DNA of 32,000 nucleotides from Edaphobacter aggregans (GCF_003945235.1 NZ_RSDW01000001.1:3210001-3242000), one strand, 5' to 3'. Numbered from the stretch's first letter, positions 1 to 8,190 are shown. Made by a program: numbers and translations. Notes: generated by a model not told the origin, from the sequence alone.

Positions 1-307
1 CAGTCTCCGCCGGAACCTTCACCTGTGCACTCGGAGCCGTATGATTCGCTGCCCCGCAAGTACGCAGCTGCGCCTCGGTGACATGGTTGACGACCCGCGC
101 AAACGTCCGCACCTCAGGCGTCGGCTTGAACGAGTAACTCTCCGCTGGCATACGATCCGCCGACTTTAGGATGTTGTCCTTCAACCCCGCATAGCTCCGC
201 TGCGCCTCAGCTGCCGGCCCGGTAGCCACGCTCGCCACCGGAGCCTGCCCAAACGCCACACCCGAAACCGCCAACGCCACACATGCCACCCGTACAAGTC
301 GCATCAT
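1..307 (-). CDS. DinB-family-like secreted protein, N-terminal part only (3' end lies beyond the left window edge)
   Basis: My own minus-strand translation from the ATG at 305-307 (GAGGTGAGG RBS just upstream) stays open to position 1: MMRLVRVACVALAVSGVAFGQAPVAS...DRMPAESYSFKPTPEVRTFARVVNHVTEAQLRTCG. It has a signal peptide and the SYSFKPTPEVRTF..NH pattern I associate with DinB_2-type proteins. It is absent from the ORF track because it has no stop in the window. Confidence 0.5.
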   Translation of the reverse strand, partial: MMRLVRVACVALAVSGVAFGQAPVASVATGPAAEAQRSYAGLKDNILKSADRMPAESYSFKPTPEVRTFARVVNHVTEAQLRTCGAANHTAPSAQVKVPAET

Positions 308-413
308 CCTCACCTCGAACATCAACACCAGCCTACAGGCATTCGAATATCTTATGGCCAACAAAAAATGTCGAACGAATCTCCAGCAACTCTCCATCGT
401 CTAACCTCACTAT

Positions 414-1376
414 ATGAAGGTCATAGGGTCTGGCTCGCGCACTCGTCTCCTTGCATCTATCCTCATGGTTTGCGTCGTAGTCTTCGCGGCCATCCAGTTG
501 ATCCACCCAAAACTCGACAACCCACCGGTAACCGCCGAACTCAAGGCCCCTCCCGAGGTCAAGCGGATCCTCAAGACCTCCTGCTACAACTGCCACTCCA
601 ACGAGACCCACCTCTTCTGGTTCGACCGCGTAGCCCCCGCCTACTGGATCGCAGCCAGCGACGTAAAAGAAGCCAGAAAGCACCTGAACTTTTCTGAGAT
701 AGAAAAATTACCAGCCGCACAACAAAGCGCCATCCTCTACGAAGCAATCAGCCAGATCCAACTCGGCGGAATGCCTCTCAAGAGCTACACACTCCTTCAC
801 CCCGAAGCAAACGTCTCGCCCGATGACCTCGCCATCCTAAAGAACTACCTGCATCCCACTGAAACCAGCACTCCCAACCCAGCAGCCGGGACAGCCGCAG
901 ACGACCAGTACGAAAAGTGGATCCACGCCAGCGCTCCGACAACCAATGTCCAACCGACCTTGAACGGAATCGCCTACATCTCCGGCTATCAGGACTGGAA
1001 GATCATCAGCACCACCGATCGTTTCGACAACCACACCATGCGTGTCATCTTCGGCAACGATGTAGCGATCAAAGCCATCGCCGAAAACAACATCCATCCC
1101 TGGCCCGACGGAACCATCTTCGCCAAAGGAGCCTGGGCCCAGCAGGTCGACGAAAACGGCGACACTAAAACCGGCCAATTCATCCAGGTCGAGTTCATGA
1201 TCAAGGACCACCAGAAGTATGCATCCACCGAAGGATGGGGATTCGCAAGGTGGCGTGGCACTGACCTGAAGCCGTACGGCAAGGACGCCGCCTTCACCTC
1301 CGAGTGCACCGGTTGCCACAAACCCGTCCGCGAAAACGACTACGTCTACTCCTTCCCACTTACAGGACAACAGTGA
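414..1376 (+). CDS. membrane-anchored di-haem protein: haem-binding domain fused to a cytochrome P460-family domain
   Basis: N-terminal TM helix (LLASILMVCVVVFAAIQLI). Haem-binding-domain signature NPP..APPEVKRILKTSCYNCHSNETHLFWFDRVAPAYW..NFSE (first CxxCH). P460-type C-terminus EGWGFARW...FTSECTGCHKPVRENDYVYSF (second CxxCH). Confidence 0.75.
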   Translation: MKVIGSGSRTRLLASILMVCVVVFAAIQLIHPKLDNPPVTAELKAPPEVKRILKTSCYNCHSNETHLFWFDRVAPAYWIAASDVKEARKHLNFSEIEKLPAAQQSAILYEAISQIQLGGMPLKSYTLLHPEANVSPDDLAILKNYLHPTETSTPNPAAGTAADDQYEKWIHASAPTTNVQPTLNGIAYISGYQDWKIISTTDRFDNHTMRVIFGNDVAIKAIAENNIHPWPDGTIFAKGAWAQQVDENGDTKTGQFIQVEFMIKDHQKYASTEGWGFARWRGTDLKPYGKDAAFTSECTGCHKPVRENDYVYSFPLTGQQ

Positions 1377-1381
1377 AACCC

Positions 1382-1867
1382 ATGAAAACCACCTTCATCG
1401 TTGTAGGACTTGCAATCCTCCCCTTCGCAGGCTGCACTAGCAAGCCAGCCACTCCATCCGTCAATCAACAGGCTGCTCTCAATGGAACCCTCCCCTACAA
1501 TCCGTTCCAATGGAAGATCATCACTTCGTCGCTCAATCGCCGCGACTCCACCATGTCCACGCTGTACGGCAACGACATCGCCGTGAAGTACGCACGATCC
1601 AACCCTGACCACAACTACCCCACCGGAGCGGTCCTCTCCCTCGTAACCTGGGCGCAGCGCGACGATCCGCATTGGTTCGGAGCGAAGATCCCCGCATCAG
1701 TAAAATCCGTCGAGTTCCTCACCGTCGCCGCCTCTCCAAACCAACCGGCATACACGTACGAGAACTACCAGGGCTCACCTCTTAGAAAGATCAACCTGTC
1801 AGACACCAGCGCCGTCAACGCACGCGTCGATCATCTTCTCTCGCGGAGGGCTGCCGTCATGCCTTAG
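1382..1867 (+). CDS. P460-like lipoprotein paralog lacking any CxxCH haem-attachment motif
   Basis: The ATG at 1382 gives MKTTFIVVGLAILPFAGC (lipobox); the track start at 1304 would overlap the upstream gene. It aligns by eye with the upstream P460 half: WKIITSS..STMSTLYGNDIAVKYA..YPTGAVLSLVTWAQ versus WKIISTT..HTMRVIFGNDVAIKAI..WPDGTIFAKGAWAQ. The only Cys is the lipobox Cys. Confidence 0.7.
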   Translation: MKTTFIVVGLAILPFAGCTSKPATPSVNQQAALNGTLPYNPFQWKIITSSLNRRDSTMSTLYGNDIAVKYARSNPDHNYPTGAVLSLVTWAQRDDPHWFGAKIPASVKSVEFLTVAASPNQPAYTYENYQGSPLRKINLSDTSAVNARVDHLLSRRAAVMP

Positions 1868-2786
1868 CCGGTCTATTTGTGCGCAGAATAAGGAACACGC
1901 TCACCAGAACAATTGCCGCACCCACCAGCGTTCGTCCGGTCAGTTGCTCCTTCGCAACGAAGTACCCCAGCGCAACGGCCACCACCGGATTCACATATGC
2001 ATGGCTTGAGATCTTCGACGCCGGCATCCTTCCCAGCAGCCAGACAAACGCGGTAAACGCCAGCAGCGATCCGCACGTAATCAGATAGCCCAGTGCCAGC
2101 GCAGCGCGCAGCGAGACATGTGGAAACGGATGCAGCTCGCCGAACATCCCAGACAGCATCAGCAATCCGGCGCCCCCCAGCATCATCGCCCCTCCCGAGG
2201 TCAGCGGCCGCGACGCCGGCATCTTCATCCGCCGCTGCAGCACCGAACCTAGCGCCCATCCCATCGAGCCCAACAAGACAGCTAGGCACGGCACCAGCGC
2301 AACATTGCCACCGTTGTTCGGAAGAACCAGCACGCCCACGCCGAAGAAGCCCAGCAACGTCGCACCCATTACGCCCCAGCGAAACGGCTGCATATGGAAG
2401 ACAAGCATCTCCAGAGCTATCGTAATCAGCGGAACCGTGGCCGCAAGAATCGATGTCAGACCCGACGTCAGATACTTTTCTGCCCAGAACAGCGGTCCAT
2501 ACTCCGCCACGAACATCACAAACCCGATGACGGCAAGATTCTTCCACTCGAGCCGCGTCGGCCCAATCGTGCCTCGCAGCCGCGTGAAGACGTACAGCAG
2601 GACTCCTGCAGTGAAGAAACGCACACCCGCAGCAAACAGCGGTGGGACCTCATGCACTGCGATTCGTATCGCCAGAAAGGTCGTTCCCCAGAGCACATAG
2701 ATCGCAAGGAATGCCATGACGACCCGAAGGTCGAACGATCTAGTACTCGAAGAAGGAGCGCCTACGGTAACCGCTGTATTCGCCAT
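1857..2786 (-). CDS. EamA/DMT-superfamily transporter
   Basis: 309 aa and almost entirely hydrophobic, with about 10 predicted TM segments in two repeated halves. It has typical EamA N-terminal helices (FLAIYVLWGTTFLAIRIAV) and a C-terminal half ending VGAAIVLVSVFLILR. Confidence 0.85.
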   Translation of the reverse strand: MANTAVTVGAPSSSTRSFDLRVVMAFLAIYVLWGTTFLAIRIAVHEVPPLFAAGVRFFTAGVLLYVFTRLRGTIGPTRLEWKNLAVIGFVMFVAEYGPLFWAEKYLTSGLTSILAATVPLITIALEMLVFHMQPFRWGVMGATLLGFFGVGVLVLPNNGGNVALVPCLAVLLGSMGWALGSVLQRRMKMPASRPLTSGGAMMLGGAGLLMLSGMFGELHPFPHVSLRAALALGYLITCGSLLAFTAFVWLLGRMPASKISSHAYVNPVVAVALGYFVAKEQLTGRTLVGAAIVLVSVFLILRTNRPAKA

Positions 2787-2799
2787 AGATGGTTATCAC

Positions 2800-2826
2800 T
2801 TTACATTTAGTAAACTAACCTGTAAA
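2800..2826. promoter_or_regulatory. AT-rich nested palindrome in the EamA/CGNR divergent intergenic region (candidate operator), flanked by GGTTATC direct repeats
   Basis: TTTACA-t-TTAGT-aa-ACTAA-cc-TGTAAA at 2800-2826. GGTTATC occurs at 2791-2797 and 2839-2845. The element lies between the EamA ATG (2786) and the probable CGNR GTG (2854). Confidence 0.4.
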
Positions 2827-2853
2827 TCTAAGTTAGAAGGTTATCCGCAAAAA

Positions 2854-3450
2854 GTGACGAAACCTTTTCAACTCGTCGCCGGCCATCCCGTCCTCGATCT
2901 CATCAATACGCTCGACTGGCGCTTCCGCGAGACCGGCCCCGAAGAACTCCTCAACACCTACGACGACCTGCTGCAGTTCTCAGAGCAATCCATGCTGCTG
3001 ACTGCCCGTCAGACCCAGCGTCTACGCAAGGTATCTCCTTCAGCCGCTGACAAAACCCTGCAATCGACAAAAGACCTTCGTGAAGCCACTTCGCAGATCC
3101 TCTACGCCATCATGGATGCTCGAACCCCACCGATAGACGCGATAAAAAAACTCGATCAACATATCCAGAAGGCACAGGCAAATCGCACTCTCCGATGGAG
3201 TCAATCCCGCTTCGAGCTAAGCTGGCCCAATACGGAAGCCGACGCCCAACTTCCCCTCTGGCTCCTCGCGCAATCCGCAGCCGATCTCCTCACGGCAGAG
3301 ATCATGCAGCGCCTGCGCTCCTGCGACAACCGGGAGTGCCGCTGGCTCTTTCTCGACACCAGCAAAAACCACACCCGCCGCTGGTGCGACATGAAGCTCT
3401 GCGGCAACCGCATGAAAGCCCGTCGCTTCAAAGCCCAACACAGCGCATAA
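2854..3450 (+). CDS. CGNR zinc-finger (ABATE-domain) putative regulator
   Basis: C-terminus CDNRECRWLFLDTSKNHTRRWCDMKLCGNRMKARRFKAQ is the CGNR Zn-finger signature. The N-terminal FQLVAGHPVLDLINTLDWR is typical of the ABATE domain start. The track start at 2716 overlaps EamA by 71 nt, so the in-frame GTG at 2854 is more plausible. Confidence 0.8.
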   Translation: MTKPFQLVAGHPVLDLINTLDWRFRETGPEELLNTYDDLLQFSEQSMLLTARQTQRLRKVSPSAADKTLQSTKDLREATSQILYAIMDARTPPIDAIKKLDQHIQKAQANRTLRWSQSRFELSWPNTEADAQLPLWLLAQSAADLLTAEIMQRLRSCDNRECRWLFLDTSKNHTRRWCDMKLCGNRMKARRFKAQHSA

Positions 3451-3587
3451 CAGCCGCAATGAAACCTGTGTCGCACCCCCGCAAGCTCAATCGTCGCCAA
3501 TGAACTATCCTATAAAGGATAGCTTCGCGAAAAGAGCCTAGCCTCCGCCAAGCCCACGACGCCTTCGTCTGAAAAGGAACTACTCAC

Positions 3588-4685
3588 TTGCCACTGAACT
3601 GCGGAATCGTTGGCCTCCCCAACGTCGGAAAATCCACGATCTTCAACGCCCTCACCTCGGCCAAGGCCCAGGCGGCAAACTATCCCTTCTGCACCATCGA
3701 CCCAAACACCGGCACGGTTACAGTCCCAGACGTCCGTCTCGACAAGATCACCGAGTTCGTCAAGCCCAACCGCACCGTCCCCACTACGATGGAGTTCATC
3801 GACATCGCCGGCCTGGTCGAAGGCGCATCCAAAGGCGAAGGCCTCGGCAACCAGTTCTTGGGCCACATCCGCTCAACTGACGCTATCTGCCACGTAGTCC
3901 GCTGTTTCGACGACCCCGAAGTCGTCCACGTAGCTGGTGGAGTCAACCCGCTCCACGACATCGACATCATCAACACCGAGCTCCTCCTCGCCGACCTCGA
4001 CACCGTCGATAAGCGCAGCCAGCGCCTCGAAAAACTCGTCCGCAACACGCAGGACGCGAAGATCAAAGCCGAAGCCTCCGCCGTAGCCAAGCTCAAGGAG
4101 ACCCTCGAAGCCGGCAAGCCTGCCCGCACCGCCGACCTCACCGACGACGAGCGCCTCGCGGCCCGCGACCTCTTCCTCATCACTGCCAAGCCCCAACTCT
4201 ACGTCGCCAACGTCGACGAATCCGGCCTCACCACTGGCAACGACTACACCGCCGCCGTCGAAAAGCGCGCCGCCGAAGAGAACTCCCAGGTCGTCCGCAT
4301 CTGCGGAGCCCTCGAGTCAGAAATCGCCCAGCTCGAACCCGCCGAGCGCGACGAATTCCTCAAGGACATGGGTCTCGAAGAGCCCGGCCTCAATCGCCTC
4401 ATCCACTCTGCCTACCGACTGCTCGACCTCATCACCTACTTTACCGCCGGTGTGCAGGAGGTCCGCGCCTGGACCATCCGCCGAGGCACCAAAGCCCCCG
4501 GAGCCGCCGGTGTCATCCACTCTGACTTCGAGCGTGGCTTCATCAAAGCCGATTGCTACTCCTACGACGACCTTTTGAAGTACGGCAGCGAACAAGCTGT
4601 CAAAGAAAAAGGCCTCCTACGCTCCGAAGGCAAGGAATACATCGTCAAGGACGGCGACATCCTCTTCTTCAAATTCAACGTGTAG
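3588..4685 (+). CDS. ychF: redox-regulated ribosome-binding ATPase YchF
   Basis: TTG start. P-loop GIVGLPNVGKSTIFNALT, YchF coiled-coil insertion, and the C-terminal TGS-like end KEYIVKDGDILFFKFNV. 365 aa is the canonical length. Confidence 0.95.
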   Translation: MPLNCGIVGLPNVGKSTIFNALTSAKAQAANYPFCTIDPNTGTVTVPDVRLDKITEFVKPNRTVPTTMEFIDIAGLVEGASKGEGLGNQFLGHIRSTDAICHVVRCFDDPEVVHVAGGVNPLHDIDIINTELLLADLDTVDKRSQRLEKLVRNTQDAKIKAEASAVAKLKETLEAGKPARTADLTDDERLAARDLFLITAKPQLYVANVDESGLTTGNDYTAAVEKRAAEENSQVVRICGALESEIAQLEPAERDEFLKDMGLEEPGLNRLIHSAYRLLDLITYFTAGVQEVRAWTIRRGTKAPGAAGVIHSDFERGFIKADCYSYDDLLKYGSEQAVKEKGLLRSEGKEYIVKDGDILFFKFNV

Positions 4686-4715
4686 CGCAGTTCTAATCGC
4701 GGCTTCCCGAAGGCC

Positions 4716-4735
4716 CACGGCAGACCCATGCCGTG
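4716..4735 (+). terminator. weak hairpin downstream of ychF
   Basis: CACGGCA-gaccca-TGCCGTG (7-bp stem) 31 nt after the ychF stop, with no clear T-tract. It contains the GTG at 4733 that the ORF track uses as the start of the next ORF, which argues against that start. Confidence 0.3.
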
Positions 4736-4798
4736 ACCACCTTTGGTGAAAGTAAAACGAACAGGTGTATCGTAGTGGCCACTGGAGGTCATGGACCC

Positions 4799-6136
4799 AT
4801 GTCCTTGCGATCTCACGTCGATATGTGCCTCTTCGTTCGCATTATGCGGGCCGACGTAGAACACGTGTCCTCGCAGGGGATTGAAGATCTCGATCGTGCA
4901 AAGGACGTGGAACCGGCGCTCCGCCTATGGAGAGCGCAGTATGAGGCTCATACAACGACCTGGTTTCATGAGCTGTATCACTACTGGCAGGGGCTTCGAC
5001 TTCCATTTCTGTTCTGGTTCGCCTGTTACTCCTTCCGCTGGATAATGACAGGATTTAGAGATTTCATGCGATCGAATCTTCCCTTCGATCAGTGGAACGG
5101 TATAGCTCCCCAGTTGGAATATCTCTCCTTAAAGCAGCACTGCCTCTACATGGGCGTGGGCGAATTTATTCTCCGCGTGGAGGACGTGCCCCCTCCTTCC
5201 GGATGGAAATGTCAGGCCATGCTATCTCCCTTGGACCTCATCGAGGGCGCCACGTCCATTGCCGAATGGCAAGTACAGTCTCCTACCCACGGACCCAACA
5301 CAAAAGAGTTTTTCCGTTGGTGTAAAAGACACCCTGCATACGTCGACGCCTTTCAGTTTGTGACTCAGGCTCTGGGGAGCGATGAGCTTGCGCTTCGGTG
5401 TTTCAACCCCCTCGTCGAAGCCGCCTTCCATACCAGCCAACCGGTTAGAGGATTCGTGGAGCTTCTCTCACGCTTTATCCCATTCCTGGAGTCCCCGATC
5501 GGAAAGGCCTTTATTGCGCAAAATGAGCCCTGCAGATGGAGCTTCCTTTTCCAGGATTTTCTCTCCGAGATCGAGTTTGAGGCTAAGCCCAACTCAATCC
5601 GCGGAGTCTACCTCGAAATGCCATTCTGCCTCATGGAACGCGACACTTGGATCGAGGCCAGCTGGGATGGCGCCGATTTTCTTCATCCGTATCTCACCCC
5701 AAATGCGCGCACGTGGAGCAAACTCGAGAAGCAGGATCCCCTCCTCTCCCTCGTTCTCTCTCAGTTGCCATGGAGTAGCCAAACTGCATTCGATACTTGC
5801 GTCAACAACTTCTATCCGCCATTGACACTTCTTCACCTTGCCGCGACCGACGGCAAAAACCGCCTGATCGTCACCGGAGGCGAACGACAGAAGGACCCCG
5901 CTCTGGACCCTCTGGCCAGCGGTAATCTCCTTTGGTTGTTGACCGCCTTCAGCGTTGTCCGCCGAGCCACAGGAAGCCACTTCGATCCCGGACTTCGCCT
6001 CTGTCATCACAGCAATTGCCCCCGGTACGAAGGAAATTACTGTAACCTGTACCCCGTAATTCCTGCCCGATGGCAAGACTGCGGCTTTCCCGATCGAGTT
6101 CAGGAAATTATCGACGTGCTCTCCCACAGTAAGTAG
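4799..6136 (+). CDS. hypothetical protein, family not recognised (HELYH motif, C-terminal 4-Cys cluster)
   Basis: Long uninterrupted ORF (track 4733-6136). The ATG at 4799 is preceded by GGAGG (4784-4788). HELYH lies at 4967-4981. The C-terminus reads CHHSNCPRYEGNYCNLYPVIPARWQDC. Codon usage differs from neighbouring + strand genes (many NNT/NNA codons, plus aga, ata, tta). Confidence 0.6.
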   Translation: MSLRSHVDMCLFVRIMRADVEHVSSQGIEDLDRAKDVEPALRLWRAQYEAHTTTWFHELYHYWQGLRLPFLFWFACYSFRWIMTGFRDFMRSNLPFDQWNGIAPQLEYLSLKQHCLYMGVGEFILRVEDVPPPSGWKCQAMLSPLDLIEGATSIAEWQVQSPTHGPNTKEFFRWCKRHPAYVDAFQFVTQALGSDELALRCFNPLVEAAFHTSQPVRGFVELLSRFIPFLESPIGKAFIAQNEPCRWSFLFQDFLSEIEFEAKPNSIRGVYLEMPFCLMERDTWIEASWDGADFLHPYLTPNARTWSKLEKQDPLLSLVLSQLPWSSQTAFDTCVNNFYPPLTLLHLAATDGKNRLIVTGGERQKDPALDPLASGNLLWLLTAFSVVRRATGSHFDPGLRLCHHSNCPRYEGNYCNLYPVIPARWQDCGFPDRVQEIIDVLSHSK

Positions 6137-6154
6137 CCAAAATTGAGGTCAGCC

Positions 6155-6523
6155 ATGGAAAACCTATCGACCATAGAACTGGATGCCGGTACAGAAACAG
6201 ACAAGCTATCCAACTACATCCTCGGCTCGCTTACCGACGACGAGATCGACGAGATAGAAGTTCGTCGGACTCTGGCTCCTGCTACAAGTATGGCAAACGA
6301 GCCCGTAACGATTGGCCTCATCCTGGTTGCCGGCGCCAAGGCGGCAGCTGCAATCGCGGGCGCCATCACCGCTTACATGAAATACCGCACCCAACAGTTG
6401 GAGAATCAGGCGAAGCTGCAGCCCCACCAGACAGTGACAATCAGAGTGTTGGAGGGCGAGGTGCCCGAATCAATCAGAAAACTCGCCGGAACCGTTCGTC
6501 TGGAAACGCCGAACAAAGCGTAG
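6155..6523 (+). CDS. small single-pass membrane protein, unknown function
   Basis: The ATG at 6155 has GAGG 6 nt upstream and lies 18 nt after the previous stop, so an operon is likely. Acidic N-terminus (LTDDEIDEIEV), Ala/Gly-rich TM helix VTIGLILVAGAKAAAAIAGAITAY, basic stop-transfer KYR, then a short beta-like tail TVTIRVLEGEV. Confidence 0.55.
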   Translation: MENLSTIELDAGTETDKLSNYILGSLTDDEIDEIEVRRTLAPATSMANEPVTIGLILVAGAKAAAAIAGAITAYMKYRTQQLENQAKLQPHQTVTIRVLEGEVPESIRKLAGTVRLETPNKA

Positions 6524-6617
6524 CTGCGAAACTCGTCCATCGCTGCGGCCAGGGCCGGGTGTTCCATCCCTTTGTGGCTTTGCCGAAAAGGTGCAACCGA
6601 ACACCCGTTCCCCGCAG

Positions 6618-6860
6618 CTATTCCTTGCTCTTCAACAAGCTCTCGTTCTCCTGAATGAACGTCTCAATCTCAGCCGCCATCCCAAGAATCCTTCGCCACT
6701 GCTCCTTATAGAGCGTCACCGGAAATCGGCCCACGCCATACAGCGACAGCCCACCCTTCTCACTGACCTTGAGGCTCAGTCCGCGCACGCCTTTGTTCTT
6801 CAGCTTATCGTTCTCCGCACGCAACCGTTCAATCTCTGCCTTCAGATCTTCATCCGACAT
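6618..6860 (-). CDS. small coiled-coil protein, unknown function
   Basis: Strong RBS (AAGGAGAA) upstream of the ATG. N-terminal heptad segment DLKAEIERLRAENDKLK, followed by the conserved-looking LKVSEKGGLSLYGVGRFPVTLYKEQWRRIL. I have seen this pattern in small hypothetical proteins but cannot name a family. Confidence 0.6.
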   Translation of the reverse strand: MSDEDLKAEIERLRAENDKLKNKGVRGLSLKVSEKGGLSLYGVGRFPVTLYKEQWRRILGMAAEIETFIQENESLLKSKE

Positions 6861-6954
6861 AACCTGTTCTCCTTCAATTCAAGACTACATTGTCTTCTCC
6901 AGCCTCTTCCGCTGGGTCTCTTCTTTGGCGTGGAAATTCAGCCGCAATAATCCA

Positions 6955-6994
6955 GCGATCGCGCAGGATGGGACGCAATTCTAGCGCGGATCGC
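6955..6994 (-). terminator. possible terminator hairpin after the 7008-7550 gene
   Basis: GCGATCGCGC (6955-6964) pairs with GCGCgGATCGC (6984-6994) with one bulge, 14 nt downstream of the stop on the minus strand. The trailing sequence is only moderately U-rich. Confidence 0.3.
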
Positions 6995-7007
6995 ATCGTC
7001 AACGCGG

Positions 7008-7550
7008 CTAAGCGTCAGTCTTCCTCACGTAGTCCAGCTCCATCAGCTTCTTCCATCCGTCTCCCACCTTCTCATTCAGTGTCCAGTGGTAGAGATCATT
7101 GCTCTTCATCGCAACATCCACCCGAAAGTCCGCCTGCTTCCCTTCAAAATCCTCTCCATGAAATGTCATCTGCCAATTACTTCCTGCGATGCTCATCGGC
7201 CCTTCTGTAATTGCATTCTGAGCATCCATGTACCACATCGCCAGCGTCTTCTTTCCCGGATCCCAGAACATGTTCCCGTCATACGTCTTCATCGCGCCTT
7301 TGTTCGTCACAAAGTGCGTCGTAAACCGCACATAGCTTCCGTTATCCGACCATTGATACCGCGTCTCGATCCGCTCCATCCCCGGAGCCAGCTTCGAAGC
7401 ATCCGCCGTCCACACCCCACCCACAAGCCAACCCAGCGCCGCAATCGGTTTCGCCTCTGTCGTCGTTGAAGCCGACGTCTGCGCCACAACGGGGCTCGAT
7501 GCCCCCATCCCAACCGTCAAAGCAAGCGCACAAATCACAAACAATCTCAT
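7008..7550 (-). CDS. secreted hypothetical protein (beta-rich, family uncertain)
   Basis: The ATG at 7548-7550 has a GGAGAA RBS and gives the signal peptide MRLFVICALALTVGMGASSPVVAQ. The longer track ORF (to 7655) would run into the TetR gene. Confidence 0.7.
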   Translation of the reverse strand: MRLFVICALALTVGMGASSPVVAQTSASTTTEAKPIAALGWLVGGVWTADASKLAPGMERIETRYQWSDNGSYVRFTTHFVTNKGAMKTYDGNMFWDPGKKTLAMWYMDAQNAITEGPMSIAGSNWQMTFHGEDFEGKQADFRVDVAMKSNDLYHWTLNEKVGDGWKKLMELDYVRKTDA

Positions 7551-7578
7551 CGAACTTTCTCCTGTCAAAAGATATGTC

Positions 7579-8190
7579 CTACGCGGCCCGCAACCTCTTC
7601 TGCTCGTCCTGTAGCAATCGAAAATAGTTCCGTAACTGCGCCACAGAAGCATCAAACGGCGCCAGACTCCTGTGTGCTCTCGCCTGCATCACGCCGCCCT
7701 CCATTACCGTCAGCACGAACCGCGATAGCGCACTTCGGTCCAGTTCCTGCGGCAACCGCTCGCCAGCATCCCTCAGGCAGCTCTCAACCGCAGCGGTCCA
7801 CCCATCGAAGTTGTCGCTCAGCAGCTTATGCACCTCCACCTGCTCCTCGCCGATCTCGAGCGCCAGCCGCCCAATCGGACACCCATACGTGCATCCAGTC
7901 GCAATCAAATTCCTCCGATAGAACCCCAGCACCGCAAACACCCGTTCCACGGGATCATCCGTCTGGGCAAAGACCGGATCCATGACGATGGGGTGCAGCG
8001 TCGCTGCATACAGCCGCAGAACAGCCAGCAGCAGCTCCTCCTTCGTCTTAAAGAAGTAGTAAAAGCTCCCCGGCTTCGCCCGAGCGTGGTCCAGAATCTC
8101 CGCCATCCCAGTAGCCGCGTACCCGTGCTTCCAAAACAGATAAAGGGCCGCCTCGACGATTCGCTGCCGGGTTGTATTCTCTTGTTTCAT
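7579..8190 (-). CDS. TetR/AcrR-family transcriptional regulator
   Basis: N-terminal HTH TRQRIVEAALYLFWKHGYAATGMAEILDHARAKPGSFYYFFKTKEELL. Start taken at the ATG at 8188-8190 (MKQENTT...), because the extra 13 codons of the track ORF are encoded by the operator palindrome. Confidence 0.85.
   Translation of the reverse strand: MKQENTTRQRIVEAALYLFWKHGYAATGMAEILDHARAKPGSFYYFFKTKEELLLAVLRLYAATLHPIVMDPVFAQTDDPVERVFAVLGFYRRNLIATGCTYGCPIGRLALEIGEEQVEVHKLLSDNFDGWTAAVESCLRDAGERLPQELDRSALSRFVLTVMEGGVMQARAHRSLAPFDASVAQLRNYFRLLQDEQKRLRAA

Noticed and set aside
3505-3522. Small AT-rich hairpin CTATCCT-ataa-AGGATAG between the CGNR gene and ychF.
   Set aside because: A 7-bp AT-rich stem with no U-tract is too weak to call as either a terminator or an operator.
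4562-4864. 100-aa minus-strand ORF bridging the ychF 3' end and the islet 5' end.
   Set aside because: It overlaps the conserved ychF C-terminus antisense and has no RBS or recognisable motif. The region is better explained by the ychF hairpin plus the 5' UTR and start of the 4799 gene.
4967-4981. Calling the 445-aa islet protein a zinc metallopeptidase on the strength of HELYH.
   Set aside because: A single HExxH occurs by chance at a few-percent rate in a protein of this size. I see no third ligand motif (no HExxHxxGxxH and no clear downstream Glu or NExxS helix). I kept it only as a hypothesis inside the islet finding.
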